DNA of 63,561 nucleotides, filler included, from Octopus bimaculoides (GCF_001194135.2; 7 parts of 6 records of this genome joined end to end with filler, not necessarily neighbours in it); one strand, 5' to 3'. Shown: positions 37,420 through 50,831, counted from the whole stretch's first letter. Notes: a model not told the origin generated them from the letters alone. A program made the numbers and translations.

Positions 37420-37608
37420 AATGTTCTATGGTACTGTCATTGATATGCTAAAAATATTTATCATATTTGGTAATAAAACCGATCTGAAACATGGGGCTTC
37501 ATTGGAATATTTATTCTTCACTCAGACGAAGCTCCATGTTTTAGATAGGTCTTATTACCAAATATGATAAATACTTTTAGCATATCAATGGCAACACCAT
37601 ACAACATT
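37420..37608. repeat. Fold-back (palindromic) MITE: two inverted arms of about 81 bp with a 27-nt spacer
   Basis: 37420-37500 is the reverse complement of 37528-37608 with about 9 mismatches. Confidence 0.85.
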
Positions 37609-37934
37609 GGAAGCAGAAACAGCTGTTAGATGGGATGCAGTCTATTTGTTTTCAATGAATAAATAATAATTGATGTAAGTCAATTGTTGGTCATCAACAT
37701 TTCTCCATTTTCTATTTTCTTTAAATTTTCATTATTGATAAACTCGTGTTCAACCTTGTCTTTACCTATAATTTATGAGCATAATACGTTTGCATATGTA
37801 TGCCCATGGTTCAATATACTGGTAGTATAACAGATACTTTTATCCCTTAGACGGTTATTTTAACCTCTAACACAGCTAACCTCATATATATATATATATA
37901 TATAATGACTGAAACAAGTAAAAGAGTAAAAGAG

Positions 37935-37966
<32 letters not shown>

Positions 37967-38209
37967 CACAAACATACACGTCTCTCTGTGTGTGTGTGGT
38001 TATATCTATCTATTTATGTGTATGTATAGACATATCCTAATCAGGAGAGTGTTATCGCATTTTGTCCCTACCTCTTGGAGGATGTTTATTCATTATTATC
38101 GATAAAATAAGCATTAATTGTTACATGCTAATGTTTTTTCCATTTTTCTTCCTTTGTAGATTATTTTATACCTCAGTAATTAAATTCCTATTGGTGTTAT
38201 TCTTTTAAA

Positions 38210-38952
38210 ATGAATTTTAATGAGCCCCATATCAGACACTGAATGCTGCATGAATCGACAAGGGACTTTGCAGCAATGGAAGTAGCAAGAAATATATGTT
38301 CTGGCTATGGAAATGAAGCTTTAATTGTCCATATATACATGCATGCCTAAGGATGGGGCTACATCTACATTATTCGATGATGCACCCTCAGATTGAGAAA
38401 ATGCAGTTTACAAAACTCTTCCTCCAATGCATTTCTTGAAATCTGACTATCTTACCCGTCGCTAAGGGGGAGAGTGCACTGGATGTCACTTCACCCCACT
38501 CCACTATTCAATGGTGCATCTTCAGATTTAGAAAATACAGTTTACAAACATCTTCCCGCAATACAAATTAGTGCCCACCGAGAATATTCTGAAGCACCCT
38601 CAGGTACTAAATTCTGGCGACAAGCCTGCTTGTATATCAACGATGGCTTTGCCTGTTTCTGTTGGAAAATGTTTCTCTCATAGATTCCCCTCGATCAGGA
38701 CGACCAAATTATTTCAATATCGAGCATCTGAAACCCGTAGATGAGGAAAATCCAAACCAAACTGCACGAGAATTAGTAAAACAATTCAATTCGAGTCACA
38801 CATTGATCGTAAAGCATCTTCTTGAAGTCGGGAAAGTGTCTAAACTTGATCAGAAATTCCCCCGTCATCTGACTGCTTTTCATCTTAATCAAGGAGTTGC
38901 TTTATTTTCGTCATTAAATGGGAGACTTGCTACCGAACCTTTCCTGTGTACA
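38210..38952 (+). mobile_element. Mariner (DD34D-type) transposase N-terminal remnant with a nested insertion of about 300 bp
   Basis: MNFNEPHIRH*ML...ARNIC..YG, then after the insertion QRW...SLIDSPRSGRP...ENPNQTAREL...HL..VGKVSKL; runs into a gap. Confidence 0.8.
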
Positions 38953-39768
38953 ANNNNNNNNNNNNNNNNNNNNNNNNNNNNNNNNNNNNNNNNNNNNNNN
39001 NNNNNNNNNNNNNNNNNNNNNNNNNNNNNNNNNNNNNNNNNNNNNNNNNNNNNNNNNNNNNNNNNNNNNNNNNNNNNNNNNNNNNNNNNNNNNNNNNNNN
39101 NNNNNNNNNNNNNNNNNNNNNNNNNNNNNNNNNNNNNNNNNNNNNNNNNNNNNNNNNNNNNNNNNNNNNNNNNNNNNNNNNNNNNNNNNNNNNNNNNNNN
39201 NNNNNNNNNNNNNNNNNNNNNNNNNNNNNNNNNNNNNNNNNNNNNNNNNNNNNNNNNNNNNNNNNNNNNNNNNNNNNNNNNNNNNNNNNNNNNNNNNNNN
39301 NNNNNNNNNNNNNNNNNNNNNNNNNNNNNNNNNNNNNNNNNNNNNNNNNNNNNNNNNNNNNNNNNNNNNNNNNNNNNNNNNNNNNNNNNNNNNNNNNNNN
39401 NNNNNNNNNNNNNNNNNNNNNNNNNNNNNNNNNNNNNNNNNNNNNNNNNNNNNNNNNNNNNNNNNNNNNNNNNNNNNNNNNNNNNNNNNNNNNNNNNNNN
39501 NNNNNNNNNNNNNNNNNNNNNNNNNNNNNNNNNNNNNNNNNNNNNNNNNNNNNNNNNNNNNNNNNNNNNNNNNNNNNNNNNNNNNNNNNNNNNNNNNNNN
39601 NNNNNNNNNNNNNNNNNNNNNNNNNNNNNNNNNNNNNNNNNNNNNNNNNNNNAAACGTTACTCATTTTTGTCAGCCGAGTGGACTGGAGCAACGTGAAAT
39701 GAAGTGTTTTGCTCAAGAACACATGCTTTATGTATGTATGTATGTATGTATGTATGTATGCGTGTGCG

Positions 39769-39799
<31 letters not shown>

Positions 39800-39824
39800 C
39801 TGTGTGTGTGTGTGTGTGCATCTT

Positions 39825-40020
39825 TGTGACTGTCAATCACCGCTTGACAACCGGTGTTGGTGTGTTTATGTCCCCGAAACTTAACGGTTCGGCAAAAGTG
39901 ACCGATAGAATAAGTATTAGGCTTACAAAGAATAATTCCTCGGATCGATTTGCTCGACTAAAGGCGGTGCTCCAGCGTGGCCACAGTGAAATGACTGAAA
40001 CGAATAAAATAAATAAAAGA
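39825..40020 (+). mobile_element. SINE family A 3' half, joined through a (TATG)/(TG) array to a minus-strand D-core fragment at 39655-39722
   Basis: CGCTTGACAACCGGTGTTGG...GGCGGTGCTCCAGCGTGGCC...GACTGAAAC. Confidence 0.8.
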
Positions 40021-41370
40021 ATATATATAATTATATGTGGAATGGGGGTGGGGGTGACGTGTGTGCATTTGCTTTCATGAATGTATATGGCGGAGCAGGT
40101 AGATAAGTGTTTAGGTAGACATGGGTGAGTGCTGATATTTAACCTGCCAAAGTATATAAACCGAACAGACAAAACACAAGCGCAAAATAATTTACGCACA
40201 CATAAACAGGTCATATGAGTTTCTCTCTGTCTTTCTCTCTCTCTCTCTATATATATATATACACACACACACACATACATACACACATATACACACGCAC
40301 GCATGTATGTATGTAAATCTCTCTCTCTATATATATATATATATGTGGGGGGTATGTTTAGATATGTGTATATATAAATATATATATATATATATANNNN
40401 NNNNNNNNNNNNNNNNNNNNNNNNNNNNNNNNNNNNNNNNNNNNNNNNNNNNNNNNNNNNNNNNNNNNNNNNNNNNNNNNNNNNNNNNNNNNNNNNNNNN
40501 NNNNNNNNNNNNNNNNNNNNNNNNNNNNNNNNNNNNNNNNNNNNNNNNNNNNNNNNNNNNNNNNNNNNNNNNNNNNNNNNNNNNNNNNNNNNNNNNNNNN
40601 NNNNNNNNNNNNNNNNNNNNNNNNNNNNNNNNNNNNNNNNNNNNNNNNNNNNNNNNNNNNNNNNNNNNNNNNNNNNNNNNNNNNNNNNNNNNNNNNNNNN
40701 NNNNNNNNNNNNNNNNNNNNNNNNNNNNNNNNNNNNNNNNNNNNNNNNNNNNNNNNNNNNNNNNNNNNNNNNNNNNNNNNNNNNNNNNNNNNNNNNNNNN
40801 NNNNNNNNNNNNNNNNNNNNNNNNNNTATATACACATATATGTGTATATATATTTATATAAGTGTGAGTGTTTGTCTGTGTGTCTGTGTATGTATGCATG
40901 CATATATGTATGTATGTATGTATGTGTTCAGACATACATAGACTAACATGACATAAATACACACACACATTAAGCAACATAAATAAATAAGTGTATATTT
41001 GAATATAAATTTATATCACACCCAAACATGAATAGATATGATATAGTGTTTGTAAACATATATGTTTCTGCTCTGGGAGTATGTTTGTGTGCGCGCGCGT
41101 ATGTGCAAGCGTGCGCGCGTTATGTTTATGTCTTTAGAAAAAAAATCTAAATTCAAATAAAATATTTGTATTAAAATTCATTTGTACATAAAACTACACC
41201 TACAGAAATATTTGTACACTTACATACGCTTGTATATGTGTGCGCATGCGTATGTATACGGCAATATANNNNNNNNNNNNNNNNNNNNNNNNNNNNNNNN
41301 NNNNNNNNNNNNTTAATTAATTAANNNNNNNNNNNNNNNNNNNNNNNNNNNNNNNNNNNNNNNNNNNNAC

Positions 41371-42470
41371 ACAGATCATCTGTTGGTTATAGCCAAGGTA
41401 AAGATGGTCACAAAGAAAGCACCAAGTGCCGAAAAACCAAAGAAACCTAAGATAAACACAAAAAACACCCTAGATCCAGCGATGAGAACCAAATTTCAAG
41501 AATATGTTGAATAACAGCTCCAAAACGTAGATAGCTCATCCCCCGACGACATGTGGAACAATATGAAATCAGCAATACAAGATTCTGCGTCGAGGATCTT
41601 TGGAACGCATAGACTTTCCAAGGAGGACTGGATCGAAGCCAATGCATCAATACTAATGCCTAATGCCATTACTTGAGAAAAACCGCAAGATCTTCATAAA
41701 GCACAATAGAAAGCCAACAGAAAGTACAAAGCAACAGCTACGTGCTGCAAAATCCAACCATCAAAAACAAAAAAAAACTTGGAAATGTGCCAACCAGTAC
41801 TGGGATAAATTATGCTTAGAAATTCAACAGACGAGTGACATGGGTAACACCAGGAAAATGTATGAGAAGATTAGAGTTGCTATCGGAACAACAGTGAGTA
41901 AAGTGGCACCTCTCAAGTCTGCAACAAGTGACCAGCTGACGGACAAGAAGAAGCAAATGGAAATATGGTTAGAACATTACTCTAAATTGTACACAAAGGA
42001 GCGAGATGTTGATAGACAGCTTGATGAGGCCATTCCTCAGCTCCCCGAAATGACAACTTGATATACCACCAACGGTAGAAGAATTTTCCACTGTAATCGA
42101 TGAACTTGCAAGCGGAAAAGCACCTGGAAATGATAATATACCTGTTGAAGTGCTGAAAGAGAACAAAGATGCCCTCCTTCCGCATTTATACAAGTTACTA
42201 AAGACGTGTTGGTTGGAAGTAAAACTTCCACAGGATATGAGAGATCCCAAGATCATCACTCTCTACAAAGTTAAAGGGGACAAGGGAGATTGCAATAACT
42301 ACAGAGGCATCTCACTTCTGAGCATCACTGGAAAAGCTTTTGCGACGATCATTCTGAAATGACTTCAGAAGCTAGCAGAAAGAGTACCACCAGAGAGCCA
42401 GTGCGGTTTTAGATCTAACAGCTCAACAATGGATATGATCTTCTCTATTCGTCCGTCAACTACAAGCAAA
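41371..42470 (+). mobile_element. RTE-clade LINE internal fragment (end of APE, linker, RT N-terminal domains)
   Basis: TDHLLV...; GKAPGNDNIP; LPQDMRD..IITLYK.KGDKGDCNNYRGISLLSITGKAF; ESQCGFR...DMIFSIR; several stops and a CTAATGC duplication frameshift. Confidence 0.92.
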
Positions 42471-42473
42471 ATT

Positions 42474-42522
<49 letters not shown>

Positions 42523-42982
42523 ATATATATACCGGAGTAAGCACATGAAATGCGCAACAAGGTGGAAAAAAGAGTACTCANNNNNNNNNNNNNNNNNNNN
42601 NNNNNNNNNNNNNNNNNNNNNNNNNNNNNNNNNNNNNNNNNNNNNNNNNNNNNNNNNNNNNNNNNNNNNNNNNNNNNNNNNNNNNNNNNNNNNNNNNNNN
42701 NNNNNNNNNNNNNNNNNNNNNNNNNNNNNNNNNNNNNNNNNNNNNNNNNNNNNNNNNNNNNNNNNNNNNNNNNNNNNNNNNNNNNNNNNNNNNNNNNNNN
42801 NNNNNNNNNNNNNNNNNNNNNNNNNNNNNNNNNNNNNNNNNNNNNNNNNNNNNNNNNNNNNNNNNNNNNNNNNNNNNNNNNNNNNNNNNNNNNNNNNNNN
42901 NNNNNNNNNNNNNNNNNNNNNNNNNNNNNNNNNNNNNNNNNNNNNNNNNNNNNNNNNNNNNNNNNNNNNNNNNNNNNNNNNN

Positions 42983-43023
<41 letters not shown>

Positions 43024-43728
43024 GTAGGTGTGTGTGTATGTACATGTATATTTGTTTGCATATGCTAATACATTTACATATGCAGGTATGTACTAGAGGA
43101 AATCCCAAAGTATCAGCCCTTTCGCTAAAAGTTTCTATACGTAGCTCGCACCGCCTTCATCGCACGCGTGCTAAAAGGTCTTGTGATTATGTAACCGAAG
43201 TTTAACTTTTATGGCCTCAGTTTCCATTCTTAGTAAACAAAACAACGCTGGTGGTGGTGGTGGATAAATAAACACACGTTCACGCACACACACACGCGCA
43301 CACACACACACACATACACACACAAACAAACAAGCACACGTACACACATAAACAGTCACACGGATATACATATGATATATAATTGCTCATATAACGGGCT
43401 TCAGTACAGTTTTCAACTAATAAATTCACTCATAAAGCATTGGTCGGCGCGCGACCAATATAGAAGACGTTTACTCTCAAGATGCTGCGCGGTGATACTG
43501 AACCCGAAACGAAGTGCCTGCAAAGAGAGCTCCTTAGCCACTACAAAAATTTGGCAAACACCGGTGATACAGACTAAGACGTGTGTCGAAGTAGGAGGAC
43601 GGATAGGAGGAGAGACGTAGAAAGCATAAGAAGAAGAGAAACTTCTGAATTGAATGTGAGGATCAATTCTTGACTTCATCGCCAGACATATTTTCTCACC
43701 AATACTCCGCCCAAACATACATTGGTAA

Positions 43729-43759
<31 letters not shown>

Positions 43760-45540
43760 TCTCTCTCTCAATCATTCCTCTCTCTCTCTCTCGCTTCCTC
43801 TCTCTCGCTTCCTCTCTCTCGCTTCCTCTCTCTCTCACTTCCTCTCTCTCTCTCTCTCGCTTCCTCTCTCTCTCTCTCTCACACATACACAACGCACGTA
43901 CGCGCGCACACATACGGGATATATAATATTATAATAGGTAGCAGGAAAACCACGTGAATGATGGTAAACCANNNNNNNNNNNNNNNNNNNNNNNNNNNNN
44001 NNNNNNNNNNNNNNNNNNNNNNNNNNNNNNNNNNNNNNNNNNNNNNNNNNNNNNNNNNNNNNNNNNNNNNNNNNNNNNNNNNNNNNNNNNNNNNNNNNNN
44101 NNNNNNNNNNNNNNNNNNNNNNNNNNNNNNNNNNNNNNNNNNNNNNNNNNNNNNNNNNNNNNNNNNNNNNNNNNNNNNNNNNNNNNNNNNNNNNNNNNNN
44201 NNNNNNNNNNNNNNNNNNNNNNNNNNNNNNNNNNNNNNNNNNNNNNNNNNNNNNNNNNNNNNNNNNNNNNNNNNNNNNNNNNNNNNNNNNNNNNNNNNNN
44301 NNNNNNNNNNNNNNNNNNNNNNNNNNNNNNNNNNNNNNNNNNNNNNNNNNNNNNNNNNNNNNNNNNNNNNNNNNNNNNNNNNNNNNNNNNNNNNNNNNNN
44401 NNNNNNNNNNNNNNNNNNNNNNNNNNNNNNNNNNNNNNNNNNNNNNNNNNNNNNNNNNNNNNNNNNNNNNNNNNNNNNNNNNNNNNNNNNNNNNNNNNNN
44501 NNNNNNNNNNNNNNNNNNNNNNNNNNNNNNNNNNNNNNNNNNNNNNNNNNNNNNNNNNNNNNNNNNNNNNNNNNNNNNNNNNNNNNNNNNNNNNNNNNNN
44601 NNNNNNNNNNNNNNNNNNNNNNNNNNNNNNNNNNNNNNNNNNNNNNNNNNNNNNNNNNNNNNNNNNNNNNNNNNNNNNNNNNNNNNNNNNNNNNNNNNNN
44701 NNNNNNNNTCTTATATATATATAAATACATACACACGCACGTCCGCACACACACACACACACACATACATATATATGTAGAATACATGTTACTGTTATTC
44801 TCAAAGGTCCTTAAACGGTGATAGCAATATCTTGCTTAATGAAGTCTTTGTTAATGAAAATTGAAGGTCTTTCGATGCCTCAAAGATTCTTTTAGTTGAC
44901 AGTGATGAATTTATGTGTTCCCTCTCAGATGACAATTTTAGCTCTATGGGTTTGCGCTTGTGAATGTGCACGTGTGTTTATGTGTGTGTTTGTGTTTGTA
45001 TGTGTGTGTATACGTGAGTGTGCATGTGCGTGAAGAGTTATTGGTTACAGTCTGAATATTGAAATCGGTAGCGTTATTCGGTACGACTAATTATTTTAAA
45101 TACCAAGAGAACGGCACAATAACTGAGGCACCTCTCCGCTGTTGTTGTCGTCATTGTTGTTGTTGTTGTTTGAATCTAGATCGGTTTAAAAAAATTGAGA
45201 TATATGTACACTAAAGTCCTAACTGTGCCGTTTCTCTCTTTCCCATTGAGAAGCATATTTTGTTTCGTTATGTTTTACTTCATACTAGTGACCTGAGGTA
45301 CACTGACAGATCTACGGAAATGATAATAAAGAAAGAGTGGGGAATGGTTCCAATACAGTGTCTCTGACCACCGCCTTCTTTAATTTGGTATATCTAGCAG
45401 TAAATATGTACCAGCCAGTATAAATAACGGAACTGTTGTATAAAGAATTGCTTTTTGATAAACAAAAACCACAATCGATGTGATTTTTAATGAATTGACA
45501 CTTAGGTAATGCTAATATTTATTGCCTCGACACAAGCATA

Positions 45541-45541
45541 T

Positions 45542-45617
<76 letters not shown>

Positions 45618-45649
45618 AATGATGATGATGATAATGATGATGATGATGG

Positions 45650-45689
<40 letters not shown>

Positions 45690-45786
45690 AATGATGATGA
45701 TGATAATGATGATGATGATAATGATGATGATGATAATGATGATGATAATGATGATGATGATGATGATAATGATGATGATGATAATA
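45541..45786. repeat. Long (GAT)n array with periodic AAT interruptions, tail of the adjacent SINE-B
   Basis: Read directly; recurring GATGATGATGATAAT unit. Confidence 0.95.
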
Positions 45787-46030
45787 ATCCTTTCTGCTTT
45801 AGGACAGAATGCCGCCTTAACAACAAAAACAGCAGCAACGACAATAATGATTTCAAATTTTGACACAAGGCCCACAATTTCGGTGTAGGGTTTAAGTCGA
45901 TTACATCGAACCCACTGATCGACTGGTACTTATTTCATAGAACCTGAAAGGATGAAAGGCAAGGTCGATTTCGACAGAATACAGAACGTAAAGTCGGAAG
46001 AAATGCCGCTAAGCATTTTGTTCGCGTGGT
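45787..46030 (-). mobile_element. SINE family B
   Basis: AATCCTTTCT...GTCGATTACATCGA...GAAAGGATGAAAGGCAAGGTCGA...CCGCTAAGCATTT. Confidence 0.8.
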
Positions 46031-46797
46031 ACGAGGTTTGAAATAACGATACGTAGAGACGGAAGTAGATACGGTTGAGTAGATAGTGTAGTGTCCTACC
46101 AAATGCTTGCATCTCTGAGATATTTTCGTAAATTAGCACCTTTTATAAAATGCTACAAAGACGAGATGGTCGTGATTCGAACGCTCCTGATCATAGTTCA
46201 AAGTAGTCACGTTTAACGAAGGAGAAAAAAGCATAAAAAGAAAACCACCGCTACAGGAATACGCTCATTAACCATGGCTACATTCTCTAGAGTTGGTTTC
46301 ACTCTGTATACCTTTTATAAAAAAAGAAAAAAGATAATCTTGCAGTATTTCATAACGTAGGATTTCTTTCTTTGTTGCCTACGTTTTTTTCTTTTGGTAC
46401 TTTTGTATTCTCGTAAACACCCGGTATTCTGTTATCTTGTAGATTTTCGTACGTTTAAAGTTTTCTAATTTTCTTTTATTTAGCATTTTTCGCAAGCCTG
46501 CAGTCTTCGTAAGCTTCCAGTTTTCTGTATTCAAGCAGTTTCTTTAGCATAGATATTCAATTTTTCATTAACTCGAGATGCTCAACTTCAGTCAACCGAA
46601 TAGTGTCTCTAAAGTATTGAAATTCGCTTCTTTTTCTAGGGCCCACTCTTACAATTTCCAAGGTCTCCAAACGTACCGCTCACTTCGTCGATCTATTTAA
46701 CAACGGAAAAGTATGTAGAATTAACAAATACATCGCTTTAATTAATACTGGAAATATTTCAGCATTTAGAATCTATATACCACAAGACAATGAAATT

Positions 46798-46928
46798 GCA
46801 GTGGGTAGCCCTGCACAACCTGCGGCCTTTCGAAAAGTTATCTTGAAAATTTATAATCGTGTAGCCCGCCTGAAGATGAGCCATGCTTTATACGGCCCGC
46901 TTCTCGAAAAAGATTTTCCTTACCTGGT
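46798..46928. mobile_element. Short hAT-like MITE, decayed
   Basis: CAGTGGGTAGCCCTGCACAACCTGCGGCC left end; GGCCCGC internal motif; CCTTACCTGG right end. Confidence 0.4.
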
Positions 46929-47696
46929 TAGGAAGTAAGCCTCTTAAACAGACAGCCACATCTACGCCTTAAAAGTCAAAATTGACTCGGACGGGATTTG
47001 GACTCAGAGCGAAATAAGTACCGCGACGTTTTCTGCCGTACGCCCTAATGACTCAGCCAAATCACCATGGTGGCTATTCCTCGTATGTAGACATAACACA
47101 TGCTTAACCTAGTAGAAATAGCTGTCCGATATGCATCGGATTATAACTTATTAGATAATGTAGATCTAGTGATATTAAATCTGAAAATCAGGTGGAAAGC
47201 AACAATGGCAGCAACAATGTTTCATTTCATTGCCAATTCCATCTTAAGACTATTACCTCCACCACAATTTCCGCTCCTACTTCTCTAGTCCATGACAAAC
47301 CAAGGAAGGATATATTTGGTCACTCGACTAGCTAGAAATAGCAGTCAAATCTCCCTCGGATCAAACTTAGGCAAAATAGGCATATTAGATAATGTAGGGT
47401 ACATAAAATGCTAGAAAGACGAGATGGTCGTGGCTCGAACGCTCCTGATCGTAGTCCAAATTAGTCACGTTTAACGAAGGAGAAAAAGAATAAGAAGAAA
47501 ACCACCGCTACAGGATTCCGCTCAGTAACCATGACTACCTTCTCTGGTGTTGGTTTCACTCTGTATACCTACAAACAGATGGGATGATCATGGCTGGATT
47601 GCATGTAAAGAAAAGCTTGCTCGATTAGGGTAAAACTTGTCCTAATTCAACAACAAAACAAGAATAACATTAACACCATTATCATACGACAAAAAA

Positions 47697-47910
47697 GGTA
47701 GCAAGCTGGTAGAATCGCTAGCACACCAGGCGAAATACTTAGCGGTATTTCGTCCGCCGGCTACGTTGTGAGTTCGAATTCAGCCGAGGTCGACGTTTCT
47801 TTTCATCTTTTCGAGGTCGATAACTTAAGTAACAGTTGCGTACTGGGTCGATCTAATCGACTGCGCCCTTCCCCACCAATTTCAGGCCTTGTGCCTATAG
47901 TAGAAAGGAT
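47697..47910 (+). mobile_element. SINE family B
   Basis: AGCTGGTAGAATCGCTAGCAC...GAGTTCGAATTC...AGGCCTTGTGCCTATAGTAGAAAGGAT. Confidence 0.88.
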
Positions 47911-48254
47911 ATGACTAAATAATTATTGAAGTAATTAAAGTTGTGCTAATCTTTATTAACTGGGATGGATGTGTCTGTAAAGCTATTAATATTTCATTTT
48001 CTGTTTAGAGCACAAACAACATAAAAACAAAAAGGCAAGTGTCGTAATGATGTTGACAACATCAACTACAACATCAACAATAAAGAAAGGAAGAAAGGCA
48101 AATAAGAAAAGTTATTATAACGTTATAAATAAATAGTAATAATTCTCTCTTTTTCCCTCTTTGTCTCTTACTTCTTTCTCTGTTTCTCTGTAGTACATAT
48201 GTATATGTGTGCGTATGTATGTATATATATATATATATATATATTATGATTGAC

Positions 48255-48435
48255 CGTTGATTGAACACTATTCAATTTTTTTCTCCGTGTTTTTCTCCTT
48301 GTCTCCGTATTCTTTCTGTTGAAGAGCGTAGCTCGAAACGTCAAAGACTTTCCATATTCCCGAGCGTCATACTAATATATACTTTTGTTATTTACACCAC
48401 CTGTCCTCGTCTGTTGTTATTATTTGTATATTCTC

Positions 48436-48438
<3 letters not shown>
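48255..48438 (+). mobile_element. Short dispersed element (about 185 bp) with a minimal hammerhead-like motif; PLE-terminus or retrozyme-like
   Basis: Reverse complement copy at 62535-62720; motif TCTTT-CTGTTGA-A-GAGC-gta-GCTC-GAAAC-GTC-AAAGA at 48311-48347; flanked by (TA)n on both sides. Confidence 0.7.
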
Positions 48439-48472
<34 letters not shown>

Positions 48473-49483
48473 NNNNNNNNNNNNNNNNNNNNNNNNNNNN
48501 NNNNNNNNNNNNNNNNNNNNNNNNNNNNNNNNNNNNNNNNNNNNNNNNNNNNNNNNNNNNNNNNNNNNNNNNNNNNNNNNNNNNNNNNNNNNNNNNNNNN
48601 NNNNNNNNNNNNNNNNNNNNNNNNNNNNNNNNNNNNNNNNNNNNNNNNNNNNNNNNNNNNNNNNNNNNNNNNNNNNNNNNNNNNNNNNNNNNNNNNNNNN
48701 NNNNNNNNNNNNNNNNNNNNNNNNNNNNNNNNNNNNNNNNNNNNNNNNNNNNNNNNNNNNNNNNNNNNNNNNNNNNNNNNNNNNNNNNNNNNNNNNNNNN
48801 NNNNNNNNNNNNNNNNNNNNNNNNNNNNNNNNNNNNNNNNNNNNNNNNNNNNNNNNNNNNNNNNNNNNNNNNNNNNNNNNNNNNNNNNNNNNNNNNNNNN
48901 NNNNNNNNNNNNNNNNNNNNNNNNNNNNNNNNNNNNNNNNNNNNNNNNNNNNNNNNNNNNNNNNNNNNNNNNNNNNNNNNNNNNNNNNNNNNNNNNNNNN
49001 NNNNNNNNNNNNNNNNNNNNNNNNNNNNNNNNNNNNNNNNNNNNNNNNNNNNNNNNNNNNNNNNNNNNNNNNNNNNNNNNNNNNNNNNNNNNNNNNNNNN
49101 NNNNNNNNNNNNNNNNNNNNNNNNNNNNNNNNNNNNNNNNNNNNNNNNNNNNNNNNNNNNNNNNNNNNNNNNNNNNNNNNNNNNNNNNNNNNNNNNNNNN
49201 NNNNNNNNNNNNNNNNNNNNNNNNNNNNNNNNNNNNNNNNNNNNNNNNNNNNNNNNNNNNNNNNNNNNNNNNNNNNNNNNNNNNNNNNNNNNNNNNNNNN
49301 NNNNNNNNNNNNNNNNNNNNNNNNNNNNNNNNNNNNNNNNNNNNNNNNNNNNNNNNNNNNNNNNNNNNNNNNNNNNNNNNNNNNNNNNNNNNNNNNNNNN
49401 NNNNNNNNNTATATATATATATATGTGTGTGTGTATGTATGTATGTATGTACACGTACATAGTTTTATGTAAATGTACTCGTT

Positions 49484-49534
<51 letters not shown>

Positions 49535-49762
49535 GTCTGTCTATCTGTCTGCCTGTCTGTCTGTCTATTTGTCTGTCTGTCTGTTTCTGTGTCTGCCTTA
49601 CTGTCTGTTTGTATGTGTGTCTCTCTATGTCTGACTGTCTCTATGAATATAATGTCTCAAGAAATAGCGGTCAACGTTTATTAACAGACGGATGTTAATG
49701 AAAAATGACTGCCGGATCCATGACTTATTGCTTTAATAATGAAACAACATCGTGTATGTCTT

Positions 49763-49814
<52 letters not shown>

Positions 49815-49877
49815 TCTGTGTGTGTGAGTGTGTGTGTGCGTGCAGAAGTGTGTATGCTTGTATAATCTACATATATG

Positions 49878-49955
<78 letters not shown>

Positions 49956-49963
49956 TATTTGAA

Positions 49964-50001
<38 letters not shown>

Positions 50002-50831
50002 AAATGAAAGAAGAACAAGACAAGAGAACGCAATACAGAGAAGAAAAGGAAGTATTTCCTTGGAATGGCGACAGCTGATTGCTGTTTATTGCTGTCGTGA
50101 AACAGAGCTTTTTTTTTATGATACTGTATCTTGTTGTTATTGCTGTTGTTATTGACAATATTCTGGCGGCTCTTCTTCTTCTTCTTCTTCATCTTCTTCT
50201 TATTCTTATTGTTTTGATGCTGCTGATGATAATGACGATGATGATCTGGCTAGCCTAGTTATTGTTTTATTGTTGTCGCTCTGTTGTTGCTTTGCTGTTG
50301 TTTTTCGCTTATAATATACTGGTGTTATTATTGTTGCTAGTGAATAATGCTTTATGGTAGTCTTAACTATATTGTTGTCGTCTCTTTACTTGATACGATT
50401 GTTGCTGATGTCGTTGTTGCTGTCGTTGTTGCTGTGGTTGTGGTTACCGCTGTTACGGTTTTGTTTTGTCTTGTTTTCTATGCATCGTCTCTTTTACCTC
50501 CTCATGGCTTACTGTTTGTTTTGATGCTTCTGTTTTGTCCATGCGGCTGTTTTAGTGTTGGTGTGGGTTGATACTGATTGAGAGATGGTGACTCTTCTGC
50601 CTTCTCCTCTTCCGCCACTTCCTCCTCTTCCTCCACTTCCTCCTCTTCCTCCTCTCCTCCACTTCCTCCTTTTCCTCCTCCTCTTCCTCCTCCTCTTCTT
50701 CTTCTTCTTCTTCTTCTTCTTCTTCTTCTTCNNNNNNNNNNNNNNNNNNNNNNNNNNNNNNNNNNNNNNNNNNNNTTAATTAATTAANNNNNNNNNNNNN
50801 NNNNNNNNNNNNNNNNNNNNNNNNNNNNNNN

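Noticed and set aside
45512-45888. Poly-D, poly-M, poly-S and poly-I ORFs
   Set aside because: Translations of a (GAT)n tract that is the tail of a SINE-B
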